Part shown: positions 36,880 through 49,600 of the stretch, one piece after another
How positions within the stretch are numbered: the first letter of the stretch is position 1
Layout: the number at the start of each line of letters is the position of its first letter
Translations under genes and position numbers: made by a program
From: Vicugna vicugna
Taxonomy: Eukaryota
Assembly (NCBI GenBank): GCA_013265495.1
Contig: MU058337.1
Coordinates: forward strand, 1,232,777-1,296,776
Reading direction: 5' to 3'
DNA length: 64,000 nt
The notes under the pieces: generated by a model
What the model was told of the DNA's origin: nothing
Seen by the model: the letters and a program-made list of their open reading frames with translations, nothing else
The model's database searches: none

Positions 36880-37270
36880 CGTCCTGTCTGGAGGCTGACT
36901 TGTATGCCTTATTTCAGTGGCTTCCACGTTTCCAGTTGGGTTCTGCCAGTGGGGAGTACAGACAGCTTGGAGGGAGGGAAGAGAGTGACCTCAGGGTGCC
37001 CCTCCCCCTCGGTTCCTGCCCTGCTTTCTCCCCTGGCCTCCCTCAGTGGAAGACCACACCTCTTATCAGCAGAGCACTCATTCCTCCTTCATGCCTTGTG
37101 GCGGGTAGCACCGCCCTCCTTCCCCGGGGTCTGCACCACCTCCAATGGCTTCCCTATACTCTCCCCATGTCTCTGTAAAGAGTGCCTTTACTAAAGTGTC
37201 CAACCTGGTACCTTGGTACATTGCCCAAGACTCACCACCCAAGATGGCCACCTGGTCACTCCCTTTTCTG
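36880..37270 (+). mobile_element. LTR33-like ERVL LTR
   Basis: tggcttccacgtttccagttgggttctgccagtgggga...ggagggagggaagagagtgacctcagggtg...ctctgtaaagagtgcctttactaaa. Confidence 0.6.
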
Positions 37271-37479
37271 TTTCTAATGTCAGTGAATCCTCTTCCCAAA
37301 TCCCTGTCTTCACACTGAAGAGTGCTCTTCTTATGTGCTCAAATCCACTCTCAGAGTTCTCCATAAATGAATTCTAGAACAACGTTATTTCATGATTTCC
37401 GAGTTTGGGACTGTGCATGATTAATGTACACATGTAGTATCTCTTCTCTTTACACTTCCAGAAAGTGTATTACTTGTGA

Positions 37480-37680
37480 AATCTTGGAATCTATACTCAG
37501 ACTGTTAAAAGTCCTAATTCCAGAACCCCTCCATTCTCACTAGTGTGTCATCTTGGGCAATTCAGCTCATGAACTCAGTTTCTTTGATGGAAAAATGAGA
37601 TAGTAATACTTTTTCTCCTAGAGTTGATATAAGGATTAAATGAGATAATGTGTTCTAATTTCTTAGCCCAAGCTCTTTAT
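37480..37680 (+). mobile_element. MIR SINE
   Basis: cactagtgtgtcatcttgggcaatt...ctcagtttctttgatggaaaaatgagatagtaatac...agagttgatataaggattaaatgagataatgtg. Confidence 0.75.
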
Positions 37681-37959
37681 AATGTTATCCTCTTTTTATA
37701 AAATTTGCCCTCCTTGAAGTTCCAGTTCTCAATATCCTTGTTAAATATTATTTTCTCTTTCCATAGAGGTAAAACAGGAATTCATACTTCTTTGATCAGT
37801 GCCTAACCCTATTCTACCCCACTCTATTCACTGATGCCAGATTATGGAGACACGCGTCTGATACACGACCTTTAAAATCTGGGCTACAAAATGTTAGGGA
37901 AAAGCCCGCTCTAACACCCCCTGTTAAAATGCCCTCACAGGTAACTTCTAACCATCGCA

Positions 37960-38140
37960 TTCCCGCTGTGTTTTGGACAACCAGTTTGGAGTGTCATCTC
38001 TCTGATTCCGCAATAAATCTCCTGTTTACAGGTGAAGAAACTGGGCGTTAGAGTAAGTCCTTCACCCAGAGTCATAAACCGCTGAGGGGCTGAGCTGAGA
38101 GCTGAACTTTTCTAACCCCCAAGACATCATTGCACTAAAC
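37960..38140 (-). mobile_element. MIR fragment
   Basis: ctgtttacaggtgaagaaactgggcgttagag...cccagagtcata...ggctgagctgaga. Confidence 0.55.
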
Positions 38141-38540
38141 GGTTTCCCGGTCCAAGCATCTGCAACTTGCAAAAACATTTTCAAGCAATCTATGAGGATT
38201 ATGTAGATTCGAGTTTTGACTACGGCCCAAAAGAAGCATTAAAAAGTTCATAATTAGCTCTGCCAAGATATAATCCAAATCGGTAATATAAGAGTTGTAT
38301 TTAAGGACCTAAAATATTACATTATAAACTATCATATAAATAATTTGAAGTTCCTTCCGAGCGTTCTGGAGGGAGCCCAAGCACTACCACCTGCACATGC
38401 GCAGATCTGCCGGCGTGGGGTCCACCCCACCCCTCCCTCCGCGGTTACCCCGAGTCTCGGGATGCGCTCCACTCTGGCTGCTGCCTCCAGGAGTACAAAT
38501 GCAATCAGTATCTCCCTTCGGACTTAAGTGTGTCTAACAC

Positions 38541-38567
38541 GTGTGTGTGTTTGTGTGTGTGTGTGTG

Positions 38568-38602
<35 letters not shown>
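38541..38602. repeat. (TG)n microsatellite
   Basis: About 30 TG units with two interruptions. Confidence 0.95.
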
Positions 38603-38603
<1 letters not shown>

Positions 38604-38884
38604 GCCCTGAGCAGGGCCTCCCCTTCTGCAGCGCCTCTGAGGACTTGGCCTGGGCCAGCAGGACCCATTTCCCCCAGGCGTCCGCGCAGACAATTTAATT
38701 TACTAAGACAAAGGCTACCCAAGGAACGCTAACTCCCTTTCTCCGCTCGAGGCAAAAGGGCTTTGTGTCCCTGCTGCTGGGTGGGGGAAAACACATCCCA
38801 GAAAGTCTGCTAGCCCCTCGTGGTACCGGGGGCGGGGCTTTAAGGAGCAAGGAGGGAAACAGCTGGACAGTCCCTGGTCTCTCT

Positions 38885-38929
38885 CACACACAGACACACA
38901 CACACACACACACACTCTCACACACGCAC
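38885..38929. repeat. (CA)n microsatellite
   Basis: cacacacagacacacacacacacacacacactctcacacacgcac. Confidence 0.9.
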
Positions 38930-40864
38930 CCCCCCCCTCGCGACTTGGCTGCCTCCGCCTTCAAAGCAGCGACAACCAACGCCGGCCTCCTTCCTGCTGG
39001 ACGCCCTGCCTTTTGTTTCTCGGTTAAGCTTTCTTCTTTTCACTTTTGTCTCCCTTACTCCTTTTCATCTCTTCTCGCCTCCCTTTTTTCCTTTGTCCCT
39101 CCACGTTTTTCGCTTTGTTTTCAAACATAAATCATGGATTGTTAAACCACGTTTAAAGCAAAGATAAAAGACAAAAAGTTTCACTTAAAAGAAATAAGAC
39201 TTTTATGGTTCCTTCTGAGTTTTAAACCATAGAAATATACCCGTTTTACAGCTTTAGTGGTCACAGGATCTGTAAAATCGCAATACAATCACCTTCTACT
39301 TTTTTCACTCAGCCTTCTTTAGTGAACGTGTTCCTCTTTCCCGTAGCCTTACTCTACTGACATAATAATCAGATAATATTCTGCTGTCAACATGCCTCTT
39401 ACTTTGTCCTGCTTCCTTTCTCTCTGTGTACACAGGGTCTCTGCTTTAACCCTCTCTGCTACCGCTGGCACTTCATTTGTCACAGTGACGGGGGTGGAAA
39501 AGTCCAGTGTGACTTCCACATAGTTGTGTTTTGTAGCTGATTTTAACCAACCTTGAATTCACGACTTCTACTCACAAGCTTTTGGGGGCATTTTGACATG
39601 TATCAGTGGTACTTGATGGACATAAAGGACACGTCTCCACCTTTAACACTATTTGAGAGCTCCCAGGTCACTATTTCCCATCCACAAAACATCTCTAGGC
39701 AGGGGCAGATAAGGGTTACGGGTCTCTATAGCTGGTGTGATACATAAAACTTGGGTTGTGTATGTGTTATGTCAGTTATTTTAAAAGCCTTTGTCATTTC
39801 TCAAACTTTCACTCTACTTTCAGAACTCTCCTGACATAATTCAACTCTAGGTTTTTCTTGGTCTGTGGAATGCTTCTGTTTCTGATTCTCACGTCATTTT
39901 CTTAGTTAAGTGCAGCTATATATTTATTTGTACAACTTGCCTAGAAACAGGCGGCCAACGAAGAATAAACCGAGCCCTGCGATAAACATTATATCTCCCC
40001 CTCTCATCGTGGACCGAGATTTCCTGTGCTTCCATGCACCTCGCCGTGCTATCTAATAATACTCTCAAGTTTCAGCTGATACTATGAACAAACTGTTCCA
40101 TTCTTACGGCCATGAAATATAAACCAACAACATGAGCGGTGACGTTCTAGTTAACCCTGCAATCTCCGATCCATGAAAGCAAGTTTCTAGAAGCGGGGAG
40201 AAATGGCAAACTCATGCACCAAGCTTGGAATGTATTTCTTTGTTTTTTTGTCATTTACTATCCCTCAACTCTGCAATAAACACATTGAATAATTTCCTAA
40301 TACCCCTCACTCCTAAGTGAAAAATAGACAGAATAATATCAGCTACCATAAGTACATGTTACATTGGAAAAATTTCCCATTTCTTCATCTTTTCCCATTT
40401 AACTGCTCTGAAGTGAAAATATCAATGGGTAAGATCACTTGATTTTTCAAAATAAAATCATCACTTTCATGTAAAAATAAGATGAACACACGTACAGTTT
40501 TCATTTAGCTAATTATTAAAAGAGGGGATAAACCATTACAATCAGTTCAAAAGAGAATTTAAAGATTAGACATAGGTGTAGGCAATCAGGAGGGCTGAAA
40601 TGAATTTAAAAATTGGTGCAAGACTGATACATTTCCAATAGGGAAATAAAATGCAATGTTTGGGATCGTCTTTTCTGTGAGGTAGATGTCAGCTATGTGT
40701 ACTGAACCCAATTCACTTGCTTTGCTGTAGACAAGAACCACTTGCAGTAATACTAGCTTTCTACAATTTAACTTCTACCCCTATAGACTTATAAAACAGC
40801 CTAGTCAACAGAAGGTAATTAAAGGTTAAACACCTATAAAATCAGTCCCCAGAGGGCTGGCTAG

Positions 40865-41075
40865 CCCTACACTGTTCAGTACCATCGCCACTAGGCACCT
40901 GTGGCTATTTAAAATTAAACGAATTCAAATGACATTAAATGTAAGCATCAGTTCCTCAGTCACAGGAACCACTTTTCAAGTGCTCAGTAGCCACAGGTGG
41001 CTGGTGGCTACCATACTGCACAGGGCAGATGCAGAACATTTCCATGGTCATAGAACATCCTACTGAACAGTGCTG
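40865..41075. mobile_element. MER3 hAT-Charlie element
   Basis: gccactaggcacctgtggctatt...cagttcctcagtcaca...tttcaagtgctcagtagccacaggtggctggtggctaccatactg...agaacatttccat...tactgaacagtgctg. Confidence 0.85.
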
Positions 41076-41199
41076 CACTACACAATGACCAGAAGTCACC
41101 TGAAAGCGTGCCCAGTAATCTCTTTTGCCCATTTCCAACTCTTTGACAATTGTTCCTGACAAAACAAAACAAGCAACAGCAATGATGGCACGGAGCGGG

Positions 41200-41560
41200 G
41201 TAATGACAAGCATTTGTGCGGTACCAACCACATGCCAGGCATGGTTTCAGGCCATCTACACATATTAGCTAATTGAGTTTTCACAATTTACATAATCTAA
41301 TCCATCCTTACAATAGCTTAACCCCATGTATTAGTTGAGGAAACAGAGACTCAAAAGGATTAAACAGTTTGAGTTTTCATAACTTACATACGTTATCTAA
41401 TGAGGCCCCGTACTAACTGAACCACACTTACTAGTTGATGAATCAGAGACTCAAAGTAAGGAGAATAATCTGCTTGAAACTATACACTTGTTAAGGGCCT
41501 GAGCCAGGATTCCATTTCACGTCTCTGTGACTCTTAGGTCTTGCTTGTTTTGCTAGACCA
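41200..41560 (-). mobile_element. MIR fragments
   Basis: catgccaggcatggtttcagg...gttgaggaaacagagactcaaaaggattaaa; gatgaatcagagactcaaag...gagccaggattc. Confidence 0.6.
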
Positions 41561-42139
41561 GACTGCCCAGTCTACGTGTCTTGAAAGAGAAGCCAGAACA
41601 GTAGATACAGGTAAACATAAGGTACAGATAGAAAGTATAACTAAGAAAAGAGACACCCAAGAAATCCCACAATCTGACGTCCCCAGGCTGACTCCGGCCA
41701 CTTTGTCTCAGGAGAGTAACACATGGTGGCCTGGCTGCTGAAGAAAGAAATGAGAAGTGTTTGTCCCATCCTTCTCCTCACTTAGCCAATGCCAGGCATG
41801 TTGTGTTCAATAATCGTGGCACCAGCGACATCGCAGCACACCCATCAGTAAGTAACTCTCCCCAGATGGAGCTTGGATTGCTCCAGGGAGAGTCAGAGAA
41901 GCTGCCTGGTCCACAGCTCTTCAGTGATACTCGCTTCTAACACCATCTCCTCTAGCCATTCTTACACTCTTGCCCCCTAACATTAAACCACTCCCCCAGA
42001 TCGGCCCACACCAATCTGTAACAGTCACAGATGGCCAGACAACCTGCTAGCTACACAATCCTTGTTTCTACTACTAATTCACTTTTGCAGCTATCAGGTA
42101 ACATGGTACCTTCAAATGATGGACGTGCATCAGATAGAT

Positions 42140-42330
42140 GCCCACCTGCCCCACACTTACTGTGAGACTTTGAGGAGATCTTTAAAACTTTTTAGGTAGG
42201 CCTCATAATTTTCCACAAAGTACAGTTAATAATCAAATCTACATCATAGAGCAGACTGAAGAATTACTGAGATAATATGTGTAAAAGTTTAGCACGATGT
42301 CTGGTATTTAGACCCCTAAAATATCAATTA
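42140..42330 (+). mobile_element. MIR fragment
   Basis: cccacacttactgtgagactttga...gaagaattactgagataatatgtgtaaaagtttagcacgatgtctggta. Confidence 0.6.
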
Positions 42331-44703
42331 TTAGTGCTATTATTCTGAGTCAAATAAGTAATGAATATTGCTGCAATGTCATATGTGTACTAAATGTCAC
42401 TTCTTATTTTTGAGAGGTTTAAGGAATAGAAAGTTAAACGAGGGTTGTGAACATCTACCTTAATACAGTTTCTCATATAAATGTGCCACTTCCCATATAA
42501 AACTATAAAACTTTCCCAACCTTGTCACCTCATGCAGTGAGAAAAACAAAACTGGTATTTATGAGATTCCAGAAGCAATGTGATTAAATGAGAATTCCAG
42601 AGGTGAGTAATTTTCTGGCTTAAAGACACCTGACTTTTTGAGCATTTCGGTTTATCTTGTAAGTTCCTTTCTACTGGGGGACAGTGTGGCTGGGTGCTTT
42701 CTCTGCTTTAATCAGAATTTAAAAATGCCTTATTGCTTTTTCCTAGACGTCCTGCTGCTGATGCTGAGATTGAAGTGAAGGGGGGATGAGGGATACAGAT
42801 AGGGCAGAAGGCAATCAGATCAGTAACTGAGCTTAGAAACTACTGCAGGCATTGAGCAGAGCAATGCAAGTGGTGGGGGAGGGTCTTGGAAATTTGATAG
42901 GAGAGAGAGGCTTGACTCAGGAGGTAAACACAACCACGTACGTGCAGTACTGGAACCCTGTGCGCGCGCACGCTCATGCGGTGGGGCTGAGAATTTCCAG
43001 GGTCCTTTCTGAAATGAACCAGTCTCCTGAAGCAGGTCGGCTGAAGCACAGACCCTACCAACCCTTGAAACCTGAGCTGGCTCAGTGGCAGAGCCCAAGG
43101 GTGAAACCCTAGCACGCTGATCACCGATGCAACCTTACCCTTCGCAAATTCTGTGTTTGCTAAACACCTAGTGCCTGTGTACACAGCGCGGAAAGGGAAT
43201 GCCTTCTCCTTTTCAACCTTCTGGGGCTAATGTTCTGCATCAGTCAGAGCTGCCATCACGGATCCGACATCCTCCCTTTTAAATCCACAGGAGTTTCCTT
43301 TCTCATGATGTGAGCAAATTGAAATCTGTATGCTAGTGATTTGCAAAACGTACCATGCTACAGAGAGAGCTTTCTGATTAGTCGTGTCCTGTTATGATCA
43401 TTGGTTTTCCAGGAGTAATTCAGGAAATGTTCTCAGCACAACTTAATTCCCACATGCAGGAGGAAACACAGGAGGGTTTCACAGACAGATATTTAATACA
43501 CAGATAGTCAAGGGGAGCTGTTCAAATGCGTTTTCTTTTGAGGACCCAGCGAGTTAATATGTGAGGGCTGTTGCCAAGAAACGTGGTAGGATTCTTCCTC
43601 TCCCCAGAAATGCCTCAGATAATTGTCTTGTGAAGGTGAGGAGGCACTTGAAGCCAGATCTGCTGGCAGGCCAAGCCCTTCAGGTAGTCTGAGAGGTTTA
43701 TGATAATGAAGCCCTCCTTTGTCACTTACATTTCTTCACTGGTTATTTATGCAAATGCTCCGGTTTCTCACTACCTACAAACAGATTTACGGATGAATGA
43801 ACCTCTTCCTCCTAATGAAAACATTTCAGCCCTCCTCGCAGGAAAGTCTCCAAAAGGATATCTGTTTGGATGATTATAAACCACTTTGCTATCCTGCTAC
43901 ACTGAGCTTGGAAAATAAATAGCTATTATTTGTGACTGCAGCAGAACTGAGCCTTCAGAGTATTCACAGTTCCACTCAAACAAAGAAGCAAAGTGTAACC
44001 TGGCATTTCAAAAATCATTATGGGAACTCAGTGGGTTTAAAAATTAAATGTCCCCAGTGTTTCTCCCAAATTTATCTCCAAAGTAAGCAGGGACCTCTCA
44101 AGTGCACTGCCCCCCCACCCCGCCCCCCGAATAAAAAGGAAAAAGAAAAAAAAAGAAGAAGGAAAAAGACAGAGAAAGGCTCATGCAGCTGTGTTATTCA
44201 TTTACTTGAAATATTCGCAGGAGAAAGCCCTGGAATGATTTCTGCTCAGAGAAAAGGTTTAGCACCTGGAAGTCCCTCTCGTTGTCAAAAGTTCTTGACG
44301 CCAGTTTGGTGGGGACAACACTGGAACCCCAACCGACACAGAGGAAGCAGACCAGGGGAGAGCCAACCCTAGATGTACCAGAAATCCAGCAAAGGCGCAG
44401 TAAGCATTATAATGGCTTCCAGCTGACTCTCAACCACGCAAGAAGCACGTGTCCTAGTTTGGTGACGTGTCAGAAGCTGATGTGATATCGTTGCAGGGTC
44501 AAGTTGTTTTGTTCCATTTCAAATAATCATTTAAATTCATACAAATGATGGGAAAATAATTTTTCTTCTGCTTTTTCATTTTAATGGGTTGCTTCAGGTA
44601 AACTCAGGGAAAGGTAAAATTTCTTTCATTTAACAATTTAAAAAATACCCCCAAGACTTTTGTGGTTACCTAAATTCATGATGGCTTTGTGCAAACTTTC
44701 AAC

Positions 44704-44887
44704 TGTCGACTGAAAAATAAAAAAATGCACAAGGTGGAGAGTTGTGAGCTAAGCTTCATTCGGGACAAACGAAGACTATAGCCTGGGAGACAGCATCTCA
44801 GCGAGCTCTGAGGAACTGCTCTGAAGAGGAAGGCGGGGAGGTCAGTATGTATGTGATTATGGTGAAGGGGGACACGAGCAATCAAGG
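44704..44887 (-). mobile_element. Artiodactyl ERV1 LTR fragment (MER41-like)
   Basis: tgtcgactgaaaaat...gagagttgtgag...gactatagcctgggagacagcatctcagcgagctctgaggaactgctctgaagagg...gtatgtatgtgattatggtgaaggggg...caatcaag. Confidence 0.7.
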
Positions 44888-47371
44888 GAAGAATAAGGTC
44901 TTATTGTAAGTAGGTAACCTTCAAAATGACACAATAAGATTTTTATTTATTTTTTATCAGTGTGAAAACTGAGTATCTCTGGATAAACAGACTTTTCTGT
45001 TTTCCCAAACTTTCTAATAAATACAAATATGTGTTCCCTGAGATGACAGCAGACGGCCCAGTGGCCGAAGTGTGTTCTACTTCTAAACTAATTTACTCCT
45101 CTTCCCTTTTCCCATCTACACAGTAAAATCAGGCGTTCGACTCTACTGTAGCTCGCTTTCTATATTAATAGAATTGTAGCTTGTTGTGAGGTTTAATTAG
45201 ATAGTAAAGCACTTTGGGGCCCCTCCTCCATACGTCTGTGTGGGTGAAGAATATTGCTAACTTAGTAATCATATGCACTGAAAAACTTTCCCCTACAATG
45301 TGCAGACACAGCTTTAAAACCCTGGACAATCACATCAGCTTTGGGTAGAGTCAAAAATAAGGACTGATGAGAACCTTCATCGTGGGATGGATGAAATATG
45401 TCGTACTCACTTGCCTTTTAAAGCTTCTATTTAAATGTTTAATTAGGAAGGAACGCTTCATGCATTATAATCAAATGCAAGCACAGATTCGTCACCACAA
45501 AAGAGTCATTTTCCATTCAGTTTCTACTAAGTTCTGTTTTGTCCCCAAATGAATCATATGAAAATTAAGCGGGTTGTCTGAAAGCCTTAAAAAGAAGTAT
45601 AGCTTTCATAATACAAGGAAGATTAAAATGAATTAAAAATCTCAAAGCACATCCTTTTAGAATAATTGCATGCTATATACTTGAAACCCTTAAAGGTAGC
45701 TTTTCCAGAGAAAAGAAAAATGAACAAAGAGGACGTCTCGTTCCAGTTCATCTTCTTTAGAAGCTGGAACCTTTTCACAGTCGAAGCACAACTTTTCGCT
45801 TTTAATTGGTGAGCTTGTAATGGGAAGCCCGCTGGCAAGAGGGGAACCTTGTCCTGAATAGTGATTAAGGGGACCTGTAACGGGCGGGAGGTTTGCAGGT
45901 AGAGAACGAATAAAAGATTCAAGTTTACGTGTTTCCTGGAATCTTCTCCAGACATTCTCACCCTTTTGGAGCTGCAGAACCTGGCCAGACATCTTGCACG
46001 TACTTCAGAATGAACTTAAGTTAGGAACTTCTCACTTCACCTGTTCAGTCCTCACTCTGGTCTTCTGTTTGCCAGAATTCACACGCCATGTGTGCGTGTG
46101 CGCAGGTGAGTCTGTGCCCACACGTTGTAAAAGGGGTGAAAATGACTCCTCCATTCCTTTGACGGACCACACCTCCCATTTCACTGGGGACCAGAGACGT
46201 GGGCTAGAAGCACAATGAGACGTGGAAGCGCGTGCCCTGGGACGTCTCTTCCTCCGTAAAACACTCCACTCCCGCCATCTCTGCCGGGACCTTGAAGTGA
46301 AAGCTACCCGCCATTAAACAGACCCCTTTCCCCCACCTTGAAGAAGGACAACGGCTATGAGTTCAACTCCAACTGCACATAGGACGGCTCATATGTTACC
46401 AAAATATTTTGTCCATGTTAGACATTGATGTTCAATTTCGGCATCAATGGATCTAAACCACTCTTTTAGTTTAAAAGAAGAACTGATAATTCCAGGGTTT
46501 TCTGTGTACAGATCACACGGACACACAGATGGTGTCTAATTACTGTGGTGTCCAGAAGCTAGTAGGTATGAATCTGTCCACCAGCATTTAAATGGGAGTG
46601 TTTTCACTTATCTAACTGCAGGGGGAACGGACAGTGGAAATCACCCGACCACCAGAAGAGGGAATCACAGGACCGCCACGTGAGTCGACGCCATCTTGGT
46701 TTCTTTTCAAGTTAACTAGAAAGTTGAAGTAGAGCCCGATGGATTTAGGTTATGTTGAATAGAAATTATAAGCAATAAATAGATACAGAGATAATTATTT
46801 TTCTCCTCGATAGTATATGTTACACACGCTATTGCTCCAAACACTCACATCCTTGGCCTGTGTACACATGGATACACATGGGTTTTATGAAACAGTCTCC
46901 AAAGATTTTATTGGTGGCTTTACTCATGCCCATTGTGCTGGAGGAATCAGTCTACTGAAGCAGGTTTGCCCAGCCATGGAACACTACAGAAGGCCAACTC
47001 GCCCACCCAGGTGTGGGCAGCACACCAAACTCATGTCTCCAAGGTGGTACAAACACTCTCCTTCAATCCTAGACGCTGACATCGGAATCTCTCGCTAACG
47101 ACTAAGTACTCTTCCCTTGGCTGTTTCTGAAAAGGAGCAGCTCAACTAAGATTTCCAGGCACCAACATCTTCTGACCCCATCTCTGATCAACCGCTTGGC
47201 ACACCAATAGCTACACCTTTATGAACATGTGGCCAGGGGAAATCCACTTTTCCACCCACAGGAGAGGTCCTCTGCCCTCCCTCTTTTCGTGTTAACTCTC
47301 ACAGCCCCTCTGCTGCCAACATTAGTCCACTCTTCCCCAAGCCTTTGTGTCTAACACATCAGAGGGGACAA

Positions 47372-47628
47372 AGCAGACGTGACAACAGATGCAACCTGGG
47401 CTCATGGAGCAGAAAAAGAACCTGAGTGGCGACACTGCCGAAACTTAGAAAAGGTGTGCAGGTTAGCTAACAGCAGTGTAACGCTGTTTGTTTCCCAGCT
47501 TCAGTAAGTGCACAGTCGTTGTGTTTGGGGCAGACGTTAGGAAAAGCTGATGAAAAGATGCACACAGACGGTGCTATTGTTACAGTTTTTCTATAGGTCT
47601 AAAATTATTTCAAAAGAAAATTTTAAAC
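47372..47628 (+). mobile_element. L1MC-type 3' end
   Basis: agacgtgacaacagatgcaacctggg...gcagaaaaagaac...tttttctataggtctaaaattatttcaaaa. Confidence 0.7.
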
Positions 47629-47699
47629 TAATAATTCTGATCAATTACTAACTATATACTAGACACTACTCTAACTCACATGTACATACACATGCACAT

Positions 47700-47850
47700 C
47701 TATAGTTTATTATCAGCAAGGTCTGAAAGATAAGGACTGTTATCCCCATTTTACAGATGAAGAAACCAAGGCACCAAGAGGTCAGGTAACATGCTCCAGG
47801 CCATACACCTGAGAAGTGCCAGGACCAGGCTTAGGACACAAGCTCCAAGA
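47700..47850 (-). mobile_element. MIR SINE
   Basis: ttatccccattttacagatgaagaaaccaaggcaccaagaggtcaggtaac. Confidence 0.8.
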
Positions 47851-48111
47851 GTCTTCGGAAGCTCCCCCCAGGTTTCTTTACTAACTTTTAATAAGCATTG
47901 AGTTAATTATGATCCTTCAGGATATTAAAGATACATGTTCAAGAGATAATTTAGCTTCCCAGATCACCAAAAATTGAAAGACACAACTGAGAAGCAAATT
48001 TACCTAGAATAGCTTAAATTTGGGCAAGAAGACCATGCAGGCACTGATGTGGCTTTTTGAGAATCCAGTGTGGAAGAGTGTATGTCCCTCTGAAGAGGAG
48101 AGGCGTTTCCA

Positions 48112-48266
48112 GGTGGGTATAGCTCAGTGGTGGAGCATGTGCTTAGCTTGCACAAGGTCCTGGGTTCAATCCAGTCAAAAAAATTTTTAAATAAACTAAT
48201 AAACCTCCATAAAAGAAAAAACTTCATTCCTTTAAAAAACAAAATAAAATTTATTTTTTTAAAAAA
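48112..48266 (+). mobile_element. tRNA-derived SINE, camelid Vic-1-like
   Basis: ggtgggtatagctcagtggtggagcatgtgcttagcttgcacaaggtcctgggttcaatcc; Pol III A box TAGCTCAGTGG 48120-48130 and B box GGGTTCAATCC 48162-48172; followed by an A-rich tail. Confidence 0.8.
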
Positions 48267-49199
48267 CAGGAGGATTTCACGTGGAGTTGAGTGGTGTGCA
48301 GATCACAGCCTAATAACCGGCCCTCTCGCGGGGACTGGGGGAGCCGTGATGTGTAGCATTTGCCTATTTTCACGGTGACATTCTTGTTACGGGTGACGTA
48401 GAACCACCAACCTGATGTCAACAGGCTCTCAAATCCATACAGATTTAACAATTAGCTCTTGAACCGATCTAATCAGGCCCCAAGGCACCAAGGAACCATC
48501 ATTACAATAGCCATCGCATCCTATTTAACAAAATGAGAGAGAGAATGAAAACTAGGCGGGAAAGTTTCCTAACGTGTGTTGCGTCCATGAGCATGATACT
48601 TGTGCGAACATAAAGAAGAAACTGCATGAAGGCAGCCCCTGCTGGTGGGGCTGATACATGTCACCGTGAAGTCTTCCTGCAGCACCAAGTCACTCAGAAC
48701 AGCGTGGACATTTGATTATTTTCTTGACTCCCTGGTGAACTGTTCACATCTACGCAGAAAGAAGTGTGGCCCTACCGCAGGGCACAGACAGGAGGGATTC
48801 GAGCAGAAGGACCACCAGACGTGCCCTCTATGGGTCTGAAGGGTTTCTAAAGACGAAGTGACAATTTTTTTAGGGGTTTTAATTCTGTTACTCATACTGA
48901 AGTGAAGATGTACGGATATGGAGAAAACAACAGCATAATGTTGGTGAAAAGAGACCAAAATCACAGTGCTCATTTTTATTTTTGTGTGTTGGGACATGAG
49001 GAACATTCCAAGTCTTCTTGGAGAGGAAAAAGAGTGCATTGAGTGTGAGAAAAGAAGCTCTTCTGATGGCAGAGGCCCGGGTGGCCCACTGAGATCTGGC
49101 GGGCAAAAGACACATCTGACCATCACAGGACTCACCTCCTCCACACTCGAGTGCAACGCACACATAGGAAACAGATCTCTTCTCCTTCACTTCAATTAC

Positions 49200-49600
49200 T
49201 CTCACTCATTCAAAAAATATTTAATGCATTTCCATGACCCACTAGGCCTTTTTTTTGAGAGGCTGAAAATACAATGCTGAATGTTCTTTGCTTTCCTGAA
49301 GTTCCTATGCTGGCATTCAAGACTTTATCTCTTCCCATCTTTGATAAACACTATGGAGGAAAAGAGGAAAATGCATGGTGGTGAGTAATGAACTATGGAG
49401 CGTAGCCCAGGAGCATCTGGCAAGGTTTCCCTGAAGGAGGTCCCTGAGAAAGAGCCCCAAGACACAAAGGATGCCCAGGAGTCCCCTAGATGAGGCTCAG
49501 TACGGATAGGAGAACATTCCGGTGTAGGGAACCACAAGCTTGAAGGTTCTTGAGGTGTAAGTCAGGAAACTGCAAGCATTTGAGGGGGCTGGCAGCTCTG
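49200..49600 (-). mobile_element. L2 3' region
   Basis: cactcattcaaaaaatatttaatgca...ggcaaggtttccctgaaggagg...gagaacattccggtgtagggaacc. Confidence 0.6.

Larger units (their letters stand above)
38360..39010. promoter_or_regulatory. Weak CpG-rich regulatory element (orphan CGI-like)
   Basis: Elevated CpG; GC box GGGGGCGGGGC 38828-38838; CTCGCGA near 38937; unique non-repeat sequence. Confidence 0.45.

Noticed and set aside
45690..45992. 100-aa minus-strand ORF with protein-like composition
   Set aside because: No family recognised, no clear splice boundaries and no neighbouring exons; PhyloCSF or BLASTp would be needed to revive it
48112..48180. tRNA-Ala-like gene
   Set aside because: The 3' acceptor stem is missing, it runs into an A-rich tail, and it matches a SINE head rather than a functional tRNA
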